Assembly: GCA_965197495.1 (NCBI GenBank)
Contig: OZ240210.1
Coordinates: 7,998,481-8,062,480, forward strand
Length of the DNA stretch: 64,000 nucleotides
Reading direction: 5' to 3'
Origin: Candidatus Marinacidobacterales bacterium
GTDB taxonomy: Bacteria > Acidobacteriota > Vicinamibacteria > Marinacidobacterales > SMYC01
Both the position numbers and the translations under genes were made by a program. The notes beneath the pieces are model-generated. The model did no database searches. It was not told the DNA's origin and was given only the letters and a program-made list of their open reading frames with translations. This document shows, piece after piece, positions 10,117-20,233 of this stretch (its first letter is position 1; every line of letters starts with the position of its first letter).

Positions 10117-11138
10117 GGCCTCCTCTCCTCAATACTGGCCGTGACCCGAGCCAGCTCCAAAAGCATCTGCTCGAGCTCTTGCATATACAAATCTTCCGGC
10201 ATCGAGTCTTTCTGCTGCCGAAGCGCTACGACGCGCCCTTCGAGCTCACGCCGTTTCTCAACGAGCTTCGCGAGCTCGGGATCCGCCGCCAGGTCGACAT
10301 CACTAAACCCTTCGGCCAGCGCAGCGTCACCCATGAGATAAGCCGTGCCCGCCAGATCGCCCTCGTCCTCTGAAGGCTCATGAGCGCCCTCGCCGTCCCC
10401 GTTGCCGTCGAGAATCGAATGCTCGGTTTGAAGCATGTTCTCTTCGTCGTAGTACCCCTTCACGCGAATCCGGGCATAGGTGTAAGCTTCTAGCACCGAC
10501 ACACGCTCGTTCTTGTCGGTGTCCGCCCCGTCTCCAGAATAGGCCTCTACGAAATACTGCCCAAACTGCGATTCATTCCGCTCGTAGCCGCTCTTCGTCG
10601 CGGTCGCTACGATGCGATTGGGCCCCGAGAGAATGGGAAGAAAATTCCCACTCGCGCTCGACGTATTGACGAAAACGATTTGTTGCCCGCCAAAAGGCTT
10701 CAAGATCGCGGCGAAATCCTCGGCGGTTAGATCCGGCCCGGGCAAATTGAACCGCGACTGCTCCGAGCGGAAGCTGCCGTGACCGATGAGCAGCACATAG
10801 AGCTGGTCGCCCGGACGCACTCTTGTCTGGATTTTCTCGAAAATCGCGATGACGTTATCCTTGGTCGACTTCGCGTGCACGAGCTCGGGAGAAAGCTCGA
10901 CTTTCTCGGCGAGGTAGAAAACGTTGTCTTCGGGGACGGCCGCGTCCGTTAGCGCCGCTTCACGCATCGCGAGCGACCATTGGTGGAACCTCTCGCGGTA
11001 CCGCTCCTCGCCGCCGAGGCCCGAAATGATGACGAGGTAGGTCTGGTTAGCCGCCCCGACGGCGGCCAATGTCAAGATGAGGACGACGACGAACGCCCTC
11101 GCGATCATGCGAGGCCTCGGAGCTTTCGGTAGCCCCAC
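10113..11138 (-). CDS. Secreted hypothetical protein with a caspase/legumain-like (clan CD) signature. It has the HG dyad (LLIGHGSF), but the expected Cys position reads TSSASG.
   Basis: The beta-strand/HG/xAxS pattern YLVIISG...LYVLLIGHGSF...IVFVNTSSASG resembles C13/C14 peptidases. This is a weak, motif-only assignment. Confidence 0.3.
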   Translation of the reverse strand: MGLPKAPRPRMIARAFVVVLILTLAAVGAANQTYLVIISGLGGEERYRERFHQWSLAMREAALTDAAVPEDNVFYLAEKVELSPELVHAKSTKDNVIAIFEKIQTRVRPGDQLYVLLIGHGSFRSEQSRFNLPGPDLTAEDFAAILKPFGGQQIVFVNTSSASGNFLPILSGPNRIVATATKSGYERNESQFGQYFVEAYSGDGADTDKNERVSVLEAYTYARIRVKGYYDEENMLQTEHSILDGNGDGEGAHEPSEDEGDLAGTAYLMGDAALAEGFSDVDLAADPELAKLVEKRRELEGRVVALRQQKDSMPEDLYMQELEQMLLELARVTASIEERRP

Positions 11139-13417
11139 TCCGAGCCGACGAGGCCGACGAGCATCAAGAAGATGAAGGGCATGTCCCAGAGATCCCGGTG
11201 CTCGCGCACGGTCATCCCGCCTTCGGCGTAAGTCATGTCCTCTGGGAGACGGGCGACGGTCGCCGGCGTGTAAAACTGGCCACCGGTCTCGTGCGCGACG
11301 CGCTCCAAAAGAGGCGTGCGCATCTCGGCCTGAAAGTACTCGTCATCGAGGTCTTGGGACTCGGTGAAGCCGCGCGCGGTCCCGAGCTCGACACCGTCGC
11401 GCATGGCCGAGACGTCGATTTCATAGATGCCCTTTTCCCTGGGCAAGAAATTTCCGCGATACTCGCCGTCCTTGTCGACCGTCCACTCCATCGGGACGTC
11501 GAAACGCTCGCCCGAGGGTGTCCGCACGGTGGCCGTGACCTGGGCATTGTTTACTTTCAAGAAACGGTCGTCATCGGCTTCGGCGAGCAGCGAGACACTC
11601 TCACCGGGCGCATAGCGGTGTTTTTCGACGCTTATCGCTACTTGTTGGGGAACGTAGCTCACGAGCCACCGCAGAAGTTTTCGCCAGAGCAACTCGTGCG
11701 TCATGTCCTCGAGCGGCATGTCGTGATGCATCTGCCATTGCCACGAATCGTTGACCGTGAAGGCGATCGACTTTCCCCGACCGTAGCGCTGGAAGACAAG
11801 AACGGGCTGCTCGTCCACCCCCGGTCCCGAGCCTGTCAGAAGCGTGGTCGCGCCAGGCGTCACGGCGCTCACATCATTCAGCGTCGATAGCGGCGGCAGG
11901 GTCGCCCAACGTTCGCTGCTCGCATCGAGCTCCTGGCTGAACTGCGTGACAGGATGGGTCGTCCCAAACGGCGTCGGCTTCACCGTGAGCGTGCTGAAAA
12001 AAGCCGGGCCCGCGAGCTCCTCCGCTTCGGAGCGCTCTTTGGCCGGAGAGAGCACGACGGGAAGCACGTCCGCGACCGGTGTTCCGGCATAGCCGCCCTC
12101 GGAGAGCGCGAGACGGCCGCCGAGCACGAGCAAACCGCCGCCGCGCTGGCTGACGAAGTCCGCGATCATTCGGAGCTGGTCATGCGTGAAATGGCTCGCT
12201 TCGATACTGCCCAGGATGAGGCCCCGATATTTGAAGAGCTCCTCGCGCGTTTTGGGGAAGCCGCTCGCGAGCTCTTCGGAATCGTCGATGTCGAGCCGCA
12301 GGAACTTGTTCTCCGCGGTGCGATTGAGACAGACGACCTGCAGATTCTCGTCATCCGCGACCGCGCGGCGGATAAAGCCGAACTCGAAGCGCGGCTCGCC
12401 TTCGAAGTACAAAATCTTGGGCCGTTCATCTTCGACATAGATGAGCTGGTCGCGCTGATTGTTCTGCGAGACCATCTCACCCTCTTCGGTCGCAACGCGG
12501 AAGCGGAATATACGCGCTCCGGGATCCGCGGCGGTGAAATGAATCCGCACCGTCGTCGCCTCGGCGGAAAGCTCGACCTCGCGCGAGTTCACGATACGGC
12601 CGTCATCCTCGACGTCGAGGCGGACGGTCTCGCCGTTGAAGCCCCGCTGCGAGATCGTGACGTCCACGATGAGTGACGAGTCTACGAGAACGCTCCTTGG
12701 AGCTTCGACCCGAGAGACTTCGATGTCCCGCGTAAAGCGCTCCCGTCCGAGGCCGACGGTATAGACCGGAACTTTTTGCGCTTGAAGCTCGAGCAAAGTA
12801 TCGCTGATCGCCGCGTTCGAATTATCGGCGCCGTCGCTTATGACGACGAGGCCCGCGAGAGGAACGTTCGAAAGCTCTTCGGCGCTTCGGGTGAGAGCGC
12901 GCGCTAGGTGCGTCCGTGATCCTGCGAAGCCGAGAGCCGCGGGATCGTTCAAGCGTTGCGCTGTCTCCGAGAAGCGGAAAAAACGCAGCATGAACTTGTC
13001 GGAGAGCGCTTTCGCGAGCGCGCTCCCCTCAGGACCAAAGGTTTCCTGAATGAAACCGCCGCGAGGCTCGCCCTCGACATCCGCGATTTGCATGCTGCGT
13101 GAGTCATCGAGCAGAATGCCTACAAAGCTCCGCTGCGGAACGATCGTCGACAAGATGAGCGAAGGACGGAACAGGCAGAACAAGACGAGCAGCAATGCCG
13201 CCGTCCTCAAACCGGTGAGTACGAGACGATCGCGGGCGGTGCTCTTGCCGCGCACGTCGCGATAACGCAGCACCGTGGGCACCGCGAGAACCACCGCCAC
13301 GACGCCTGCCAGGATGATCGGCCAGGAGACTCCGAGACTGAGCTCGCCTCGCTCGAAGAGCAACGGGCGGTACTTGAATAGAAACTCGAAAACGCTTTCG
13401 AACCAAGATGCCATCAA
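11105..13417 (-). CDS. BatA-N double-TM + VWA-like + class-I glutamine-amidotransferase-like domain membrane protein (770 aa).
   Basis: The N-terminus has two TM helices followed by ILLDDSRSM (VWA). The C-terminal half (GGGLLVLGG...YGRGKSIAF) is typical of the large 'BatA/hypothetical membrane' proteins of Planctomycetes and Acidobacteria. Confidence 0.6.
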   Translation of the reverse strand: MMASWFESVFEFLFKYRPLLFERGELSLGVSWPIILAGVVAVVLAVPTVLRYRDVRGKSTARDRLVLTGLRTAALLLVLFCLFRPSLILSTIVPQRSFVGILLDDSRSMQIADVEGEPRGGFIQETFGPEGSALAKALSDKFMLRFFRFSETAQRLNDPAALGFAGSRTHLARALTRSAEELSNVPLAGLVVISDGADNSNAAISDTLLELQAQKVPVYTVGLGRERFTRDIEVSRVEAPRSVLVDSSLIVDVTISQRGFNGETVRLDVEDDGRIVNSREVELSAEATTVRIHFTAADPGARIFRFRVATEEGEMVSQNNQRDQLIYVEDERPKILYFEGEPRFEFGFIRRAVADDENLQVVCLNRTAENKFLRLDIDDSEELASGFPKTREELFKYRGLILGSIEASHFTHDQLRMIADFVSQRGGGLLVLGGRLALSEGGYAGTPVADVLPVVLSPAKERSEAEELAGPAFFSTLTVKPTPFGTTHPVTQFSQELDASSERWATLPPLSTLNDVSAVTPGATTLLTGSGPGVDEQPVLVFQRYGRGKSIAFTVNDSWQWQMHHDMPLEDMTHELLWRKLLRWLVSYVPQQVAISVEKHRYAPGESVSLLAEADDDRFLKVNNAQVTATVRTPSGERFDVPMEWTVDKDGEYRGNFLPREKGIYEIDVSAMRDGVELGTARGFTESQDLDDEYFQAEMRTPLLERVAHETGGQFYTPATVARLPEDMTYAEGGMTVREHRDLWDMPFIFLMLVGLVGSEWGYRKLRGLA

Positions 13418-14394
13418 TGACTCATTGCGTAGATAATGAAATTTACTCCCATTTGGTAAGCATAAGTCGAGAACTTGAGCGGGTAATAGGGATTTTCAGC
13501 CCACTCCCAAGCGTCTCCGAGGTCCGTGTTCCAATTGATCACGACCATGAGCCGCCCGTGCTCATCGAAAACACCTTTCACGGCCGGATAATAGCCATCC
13601 GACTCCCACGTCGGACCACCTTGCATACCTTGACCTACGTTGGGAACTTGAATGATCTCGTCCACGTCGTAGAAGCAGCTGAAAATCGGATGATCGAGCG
13701 GGAGGTCCACAATCGGATATCCGGGAAGAATGCGCTGAAACTGGTTCTGGAAGTTCTCGAACTCGAACGTGCCCCAGAAATCATCGACGACGAGAAAGCC
13801 GCCCGCCTGGAGATAGCGCCTCAGCCCCTTGACCTCGAGCGCGGTGAGCGCCATATAGCCGACCTCGACCGTATATAGGAACGGAAAGCGTCCGAGGTCT
13901 GGGTCGGTGAGCCGCACCGGATTCTCGGCCTCGAACGCATCGAGATTCGTGAGGCGCCGGAGCCCGATCAAGAACTGCCGATCCGCCTTCGGAAAATCGA
14001 CGCTCCAGCTGCGATAGTCCCGAAAACGGTAATAGCCGGTATAGGCCGCGCGCGAGAAATAAAACTCACGAGGAACACGTGGGTCGCTAATCTCAGGGTT
14101 CCGGTGCTGCTGAAGCGCTTGCGGCAGCGTGAAGAGGTCTTGCGGGGAACCCGATGTTTGTGGCGGTTCGTTATTAGCTGGTTTAGCTGGTTTGACTGGT
14201 CTAACTGGCTTAGCTGGTGCTCCGGGCTTGCCGAGCATTCCCGAAAAGCCCAGCAGGCGCTCTGGCAGGCCGTACTGCGCGGCCGCGCCCAGGCATGCGA
14301 AGAGCGCAATGACACTGACAGCGCCGACCGCCAACGTTCGGCGGCTCCGCCAACGCGTTGCCACGTACTGGCCTTCGTACAGGGGCACAGCCAT
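13414..14394 (-). CDS. DUF4159 domain protein, paralogue 2. It is the first gene of the cluster and has a signal peptide. A PAKPVRPVKPAKP stretch is encoded by a DNA tandem repeat at 14168-14232.
   Basis: It shares GGFLVVDDFWG...HPIF...MVVINWNTDLGDAWEW with 6689..7462. An ATGA start/stop overlap at 13414/13417 joins it to the next gene. Confidence 0.55.
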   Translation of the reverse strand: MAVPLYEGQYVATRWRSRRTLAVGAVSVIALFACLGAAAQYGLPERLLGFSGMLGKPGAPAKPVRPVKPAKPANNEPPQTSGSPQDLFTLPQALQQHRNPEISDPRVPREFYFSRAAYTGYYRFRDYRSWSVDFPKADRQFLIGLRRLTNLDAFEAENPVRLTDPDLGRFPFLYTVEVGYMALTALEVKGLRRYLQAGGFLVVDDFWGTFEFENFQNQFQRILPGYPIVDLPLDHPIFSCFYDVDEIIQVPNVGQGMQGGPTWESDGYYPAVKGVFDEHGRLMVVINWNTDLGDAWEWAENPYYPLKFSTYAYQMGVNFIIYAMSH

Positions 14395-14586
14395 CCTTTT
14401 TTTGACCGCCCCGGGACTGTTCTGTTTACCCGAGGGCGCCGGCCCAGCGATTTCGAAGTGGTAGCTTCCTGAGTCTGTTTGGTTTGCCTACGTCTTTATT
14501 ATACGTCACGGCACGCGCTCGATCATGAGGACTTCGTCACAGTCGTGCGGCAACACTATTAGGTTCAAGGATTTGAACTACGCGAC

Positions 14587-14928
14587 TCAGCCGAGCCAGC
14601 GATGGTCGACCACGAAAGAGAAATCCGGCTCGAGCTTTCGAATCACGAGCTCCGAAGCGAGCGACTTCCCACAAGCTCGAGCGAGGAGATCGCCCGAGGA
14701 AACGTTTTCAGAGCTGGTACGCTCCTCCGCGAGCTTTAGAGCGTCGTCGGTGATTCGGCAGGTACCCGCGACGTTGCCGCCGGGCTGCCCGGAGACCGTG
14801 GCGCCGTAGGGGTTGAACTTGTCACCTTCGCTGCGCTCTTTCTTCTCGAGCACGACTTCATATTGCGTATCTTGCACCGTGAACTTGGATTTCATAACAC
14901 CCGTATCGTAGCAGTCACCGCCCGTCAC
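14587..14928 (-). CDS. Small hypothetical protein (113 aa; probable start at MKSKF, position 14892).
   Basis: The ORF is in a GC3-rich frame. I recognise no domain. Confidence 0.3.
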   Translation of the reverse strand: MTGGDCYDTGVMKSKFTVQDTQYEVVLEKKERSEGDKFNPYGATVSGQPGGNVAGTCRITDDALKLAEERTSSENVSSGDLLARACGKSLASELVIRKLEPDFSFVVDHRWLG

Positions 14929-14981
14929 CCGCCAGTCTCTCTCTAGGCTGCCTAGCAGCTAATTCTGACGGGTTAGAGCTA

Positions 14982-15282
14982 GATCAACATTAAGCGCAAA
15001 GGCGCAAAGGCGCAAAGAAAAAGCAAGAAAAGAAGATGAGAGGAAACGCTCTTGTCGCTAAGTTGTTGGCCCCTGACCAACTCAGAACCGAGGGGCGCCG
15101 TCAGAATGTCACTGAGAGCGATAGAAATGAAGGACTGCGCAGGCTGTGGCGCGCGAGCCTAATCAACCTAACCAATGCCTTCGAGCAGTGAAAGTCTCAT
15201 ACCGCGCAAGCGGCTTTTCTTTCTTTTTCTTCGCGTCTTTGCGTCTTTGCGCCTTTGCGTTACGCTTTTCTTAACATTGATC
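14982..15282. repeat. MITE-like element: ~300 bp bounded by ~55-bp imperfect terminal inverted repeats (GATCAACATTAAGCGCAAAGGCGCAAAGG...), non-coding.
   Basis: 14982-15036 (gatcaacattaagcgcaaaggcgcaaaggcgcaaag...) matches the reverse complement of 15216-15282 (...ctttgcgtctttgcgcctttgcgttacgcttttcttaacattgatc). It lies between convergent genes. A partial copy of one arm is at 21907-21948. Confidence 0.5.
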
Positions 15283-15314
15283 TTGCTCCAAAACGGGCTC
15301 AGCTGGGCTGTGGG

Positions 15315-16289
15315 CTATTGGTTCGTTGGTGGGGGCTCCGGGCCGAAATAGCCGCGGCGATGGCGTATCTTGACATCGTCCACATCGACCTTGACTTTGA
15401 TCTTCCGGTACTTCCCGTTGGTCTCGTCATTCGAGGATAGGTAGGCGATGTTGTATTGGCTGAAGAGCTCATCGAGGATTTTGTCGAAGAGCTCGTCGAT
15501 TCCCTTCAGCGACTGGCCCTGCGCGTAGGTGCCCCCTGTCTCGCGCGCGAGTTGGCGCAGAAAACGGCTCTCTTGGAAACGGCGGCTCGCACTGGAGCTT
15601 CCGGCGAAATGGATGGAGTGCATCGTGACGTTGGAAAGCTTCACCATTTCGTAGATCTCGCCGATGCCCAAGGTGCTTCGCGAGTCGACGCCGTCGCTGA
15701 AAATGACGAGCGTCTTGCGGCCATCAAGGTCGTAAACACGCTCGAGAAAAGTCGCAACCGCATCGTAGAGTGCCGTCCAGCCCTCGGACTCGACCTCGTA
15801 GATACGATCGGCAATGACCCGTTGATCGTCGGACGAGTACCGCGACAGACGTATGTTCTCGTCGAAATCCATGATGAACAAGTTCTCGGTCTTGGGGATA
15901 TTCATCAGGAACTTGATGGCGGCGCTTTGCAAAAGGGGCATGTCGTCTTCCATGCTCCCGCTCGCGTCCAGGATAAGCCCGATGACTTGCCGGCCCGAGA
16001 GCTCGTCCTTGACCTCTGGAGGCAGCTCCACCCAGGACTCGTCGAGTCCCGAAGCAAAGAGCTCGATCTTCTGCTCGACGCCGTCCTCGTACACTTTGAA
16101 CTGATCGGCGGTGAGGTCCCTCACGAAGTTGCCGTCGCGGTCTTGAACGGCGATCGCGACCGACACCATCTCGACGTCGATCGTGAACGTGGGGATGTGT
16201 TGATCTTCCTCTTGCGCGAGCGCCGTCGCCGCGCAAAGAACGAGAAGACCAACGAGATTCAGCGAACCCATGATTCCTTTGTAACACAC
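15315..16289 (-). CDS. Secreted VWA-domain protein of the Acidobacteria-type VWFA family (TIGR03436-like).
   Basis: Signal peptide MGSLNLVGLLVLCAATALAQ, the VWA MIDAS motif LILDASGSM, and a conserved C-terminal domain. Confidence 0.65.
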   Translation of the reverse strand: MCYKGIMGSLNLVGLLVLCAATALAQEEDQHIPTFTIDVEMVSVAIAVQDRDGNFVRDLTADQFKVYEDGVEQKIELFASGLDESWVELPPEVKDELSGRQVIGLILDASGSMEDDMPLLQSAAIKFLMNIPKTENLFIMDFDENIRLSRYSSDDQRVIADRIYEVESEGWTALYDAVATFLERVYDLDGRKTLVIFSDGVDSRSTLGIGEIYEMVKLSNVTMHSIHFAGSSSASRRFQESRFLRQLARETGGTYAQGQSLKGIDELFDKILDELFSQYNIAYLSSNDETNGKYRKIKVKVDVDDVKIRHRRGYFGPEPPPTNQ

Positions 16290-16307
16290 CGCACGTCGAG
16301 CTTAAAC

Positions 16308-18033
16308 TGAAGTTCCTTGCTGAAAAAACCAAGATCCGGTGTTGATCCAATAAGATAGATGGAATCAATGGTGCTGGCTTCTGTCTACACGGTGATACCT
16401 TTGAGCAAGTCGTAGGCTCTCTGCTGTTTCGAGTCCGGAGTTGTCGTGACATCGAAGGTGGGCTCGTCGGGTCCGGCTTCCGGTCGCCGACATTTGTTTC
16501 GGACGATGTTGCTGAGAAGGCGCAGCAGCGTGCGGAAGCTGGAAGCTGGTCTCCCATCGTCAAGCTTCTTGGTGTGTATCTTGCGCAGGGCGGCCTCGGA
16601 GCGTTGCGCCGGAGCGACGGGGTCACGCTCGGCCTTCGCCTGCTGCTCCTCGTCAGAGAATACTAGCGGGCGCCAAACCTCCATCATGTGCCACAGGACG
16701 TAGTAGGCCAGCATGCACAAGAAGATGTGCGCCCGGACTCGGTTTTCGCGCCGGTGACGAATCGGCCGCACCTTTAGGTCCATGCTCTTGAAGGAACGAA
16801 ACGCCCTCTCGACCTGGGTCAGCAACTTGTAGCTGCGCACTGTGTCGTCGGTTTTCATCCGCTGCTCAGCAAGACTGGTGCGGATCACGTAGATGCCGTC
16901 AAGGGCAGCTTCCGTAGTGACCTTTGTGTCGTCGATTTCGAAGCTAAAGCTGTCGTCGCGAATGTCCAGCTTGAAGTGCTTGCCGACTTTGTACTTGTTG
17001 AGAACTTTGCCTACCCGCACACCGATTTTATCTTTACCATGCAGCTGACCTCGCCCGATCCGTTGGCGAATCCGTTCCAACTGCTTAACGATCGTCCCCA
17101 TGTGTCGCTTCCACCGCTGGAGCCGTTTGTTGGCGAGCTCAGAGTTGCCGTTGGCGAGGCGCGAGGCGTCGGCAGCCATCGTTGTCTCGTCTAGCTCGAA
17201 GTCGAAACCGTCGTCACGGATGTCGAGCCTATAGTACTTGCCGACCTTGTACTTGTTGAGGAGCTTTTTCACTGCAGCACGGATGTCCTCCTTGCCCTGC
17301 AAACGGCGCCGCTCGACCATCCGACAAACCTTCTCCAGCTCTTTGCAGGTTGCTTCGAGCAGAGCACGACGCTTGTGACGCCGCCTCTCGGCCAGCTCCG
17401 GATTGCGGCAAGCGACCAGCCTCTCGTTGGGGAAATCCGGGTGCGTCAACTCAAACAGGTTCCGCCTGTCGAATAGCCCCATCTGGATCACCCCATCGTT
17501 AATGAGCTTGCGAATCGGTTCGGGACGCAGAGCGGTAATCCAGTCGATACCGTCCATCTCCCGTAACTCGTCGATCTGGGTCTGGGTGATCATTCCGCGG
17601 TCGCCCACCATCACAAACTGCTCGATGCCGAACCGCTCTTGCGCATTTTCTACCTGAGGCAACAGCGTTTTGGGATCGCCCGTGTTGCCCTCAAAGACGG
17701 ATACCGACACGGGGATGCCGCGTTCGTTGGTCAGCAGGCCGTAGTTGACCTGCAGCTTGCCTTTCTTGCCGTCACGGTTGTATCCGAGCCTGGCCAGCGG
17801 ACAACTCACCCCCTCGAAGTAGCTTGAGGTTAGGTCATAGAGCGCGAGGCCGTCGTTTTGGAGATGGCGCGCCGCGAGTTTCTTTTCGATGACCTCCTGG
17901 CGTTTGAGAACCCAGTCCATGGCGGCATAGAGATCGTCTTCGTCGGCATCGCTCACCCCCAGGATTTCGGGCAGTGTGGTTGTGTGCCACCACAGGCTAG
18001 TCGCCAGCTTCGACTGCGGTTCGAGGATCCGGG
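16308..18033 (-). mobile_element. IS1634-family element copy 1, 3' portion (transposase aa ~112-663, ORF 16385..17956). It is separated from its 5' portion (24482..24973) by an inversion.
   Basis: It is >98% identical to the full copy 54656..56867, including the end CTGAAGTTCCTTGC. Homology stops at 18033 inside the tnp gene. Confidence 0.85.
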
Positions 18034-18425
18034 AGATCTGTGCTCGGAACCAGATAGAAATACTGAAGGGTCATGTGCGGCCTGAGCACGTGCACCTGTT
18101 GCTGAGCGTGCCGCCGAATTTGTCGCCGAGTCGAGTGATGCAGTTGATCAAGGGTAAGACGTCGAATCGTCTGATGCGCGACTTACGGACGATGCGGAAG
18201 GAGTTCTGGGGTCGGCACCTACGGGCACGGGGTTACTTCGTGGTGACAACGGGCAACGTGACGGATGAGGTGATAGCGAAGTATATAGAGTTGCAGGGTG
18301 CCGTGCCCCAGGACGACGATTCTTTCAAGGTCAGTGAGTAGTGAAACGAGGCAAGGACAAGCCGACTTTAGTCGGCGACGTGAACCCATCGCCTTTAGGC
18401 GATGGAGCGCACGCGCTCAGTCTTT
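18034..18425 (+). mobile_element. tnpA: IS200/IS605-family element fragment: tnpA C-terminal half (18034..18341, ...EICARNQIEILKGHVRPEHVHLLLSVPP...FWGRHLRARGYFVVTTG...) plus the right-end subterminal hairpins.
   Basis: The Y1 HUH transposase signature (HVHLL, YFVVTTG) is present. Hairpins ccgactttagtcgg and tcgcctttaggcga follow the stop. The matching N-terminal half is at 24974..25111 on the opposite strand. Confidence 0.75.
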
Positions 18426-18643
18426 CTTGTATATATATCAGGAGGGGCCTGTGGGCGCTCGTGGGAAACGCGAAGCGTTTTCCAAGCGATTGTGGAAAAC
18501 GCCGCTCCACGTTTGTACGTGCTCACAACCTTTCCCTAAACGCCTCTCTCGCCCGGAGTTTCCGGCGTTTTCCACAATCGCGGCAGCGTCCATAGGCCAT
18601 GCCCTCCAACACAAATCAGATCCCCCGAAACGACAGGAGAACC
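18426..18643 (-). mobile_element. Left terminal region of the ISL3-family element, including the inverted-repeat terminus (IRL) ending at 18643. The inversion displaced it from the ISL3 body at ~25.2-28.57 kb.
   Basis: Terminus GGTTCTCCTGTCGTTTCGGGG (reverse complement of 18623-18643) matches the right end GCCTCTCCTGCCATTTCAGTGG at 28570 in 15 of 21 positions. The 8-bp ACAGTTTT at 18644-18651 is duplicated as its reverse complement at 28571-28578. Confidence 0.55.
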
Positions 18644-20233
18644 ACAGTTTTTATCACGTCACGAGGATCGAATCACAGGGGTACTGAGCGGATTCGACCG
18701 GTTGGTGTTCCGCGGAACCCTACGCCACATTTCTTATACGGACGGCATGGGTAAGTACCTTTCCTACCAGAAAATCCTTCTGAAGGAGTTCGCGGAGTTC
18801 GCACTGCAGCGTACCTCCGAGCTCAAGCAGGCCTTGTATCAGCAGGCGGAGCGACTCGAGCGTCCGGTCGTCTATCTGGAGTCTTCCCGTAAGAACAAGG
18901 AGGCCATCGCACGCGAGATTGCACAACAAGACAATGTCCGCAGTGGTCTCATCGCAGCGCTGAGCTGCGTGGAACCTTGTATCACCTTCAGCATACGTCG
19001 CAACCGCCAGAAGAAGCGGTTGGAGCTCGTGCAATTCCTCAGAAAGTGCCTAAACTTTTACCACTACTGCATGGACCCTATTTTTGGTTTCATGCATGCC
19101 CGTATCCAAAGCTGGTTTCCATTCAATGTTCAGGTCTACGTCAACGGCCGTGAATGGCTCGCCGTTGAGATGGATAAGGCTGGCATTCAATATCGGCGCC
19201 GGGAAAACTGCTTTACCTGGGTTGAGGATGCCCACGCGGCACAGCAGCTTCTCGATGAGCAGCTCAAAACCAACTGGCCTCACATCCTGAATCGCCTGAG
19301 TCGATTCGTCAATCCATTGCAAGACAAATTATTCCCGCCGAGTAGCCTCGACTACTACTGGAGTGTCTACAGCAGCGAATGGGCCACCGACGTCACGTTT
19401 CGTAACAGCTCTAGCCTCGCGGAGATCTATCCCGCTCTTGTACATCATGCGATCACAAACTTTTCGAGCCCCGACGTGATGCGCTTTCTCGGAAAACGGA
19501 TTCGAACCGACTTTTCAGGGGAAGTCGTCAGCCGATTTCGCGACCGGCCCGAGGGTCTGCGTATCAAACATGCCCTCGACCTCAATTCCGTCAAACTCTA
19601 CGACAAACAAGGTTCCGTGCTCCGTGTGGAGACAACCATCCAGCGTGCCGAGGGTATGCGCTGCTACCGGCCAAAGGAAGGCGACCCCAACGGCCCTCTC
19701 GAGTGGCGTCCGCTCCGTCGTGGCATCGCAGACCTGCATCGTCGTGCCCAGCTCTCCCAGGACTCCAATGAGCGCTACCTCGACGCTCTCGCCGCTTGTG
19801 ATACCTCAACCCCACTCGGTCGACTCCTCGCTCGCGTCAGCCAAAAAACTCAATGGAATAGCTCCACCCTCCGAGCTCTTCGCCCTTGGGACGCTCTGGA
19901 CGCCCGACTCCTCGCCGCTATTTCCCGTGGAGAGTTTCATCTGCGAGGCTTTCGCAACAGGGAACTCCGTGCCTTGCTCTTTCCAAAGACTTCGGACGAC
20001 CCTCTCGAAACCAGGCGGCTAAGCGGACGCGTCACCCGGCTCATTCGCATCCTCCGAGCCCACCGTCTTGTCAAAAAGTTCCCAAAACTTTTCGCTACAG
20101 ACTCACAAAGCGCGGTCAGCAACTTTGCTCCGCATTACTTACCGCAAACTCTCTCTCCCTCGATAAACTCCACGCTGCTGCCGCATGATTTTTCTTCTTC
20201 TCAAAACAAGCTTTTCAGGGTTAGTAGTACAGA
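18644..20233 (+). mobile_element. 'ISx' copy A: an unclassified ~1.7-kb repeat element that lacks its first ~110 bp. ORF 18702..20336 encodes a ~530-aa protein 99% identical to 40321..41907, with a frameshifted C-terminus (A5G at 20074-20079 versus A7 in copy B).
   Basis: It is 99% identical at the nucleotide level to 40367..41951, with flank-dependent divergence at both ends. The missing 5' piece is at 28571-28680 on the other strand. Confidence 0.7.

Noticed and set aside
18341-18700. ORFs 18298..18687 and 18341..18595 as genes between the IS200 fragment and ISx.
   Set aside because: The region is IS200 right-end hairpins plus the ISL3 terminal leader. The ORFs are short, overlap each other and have no motifs.
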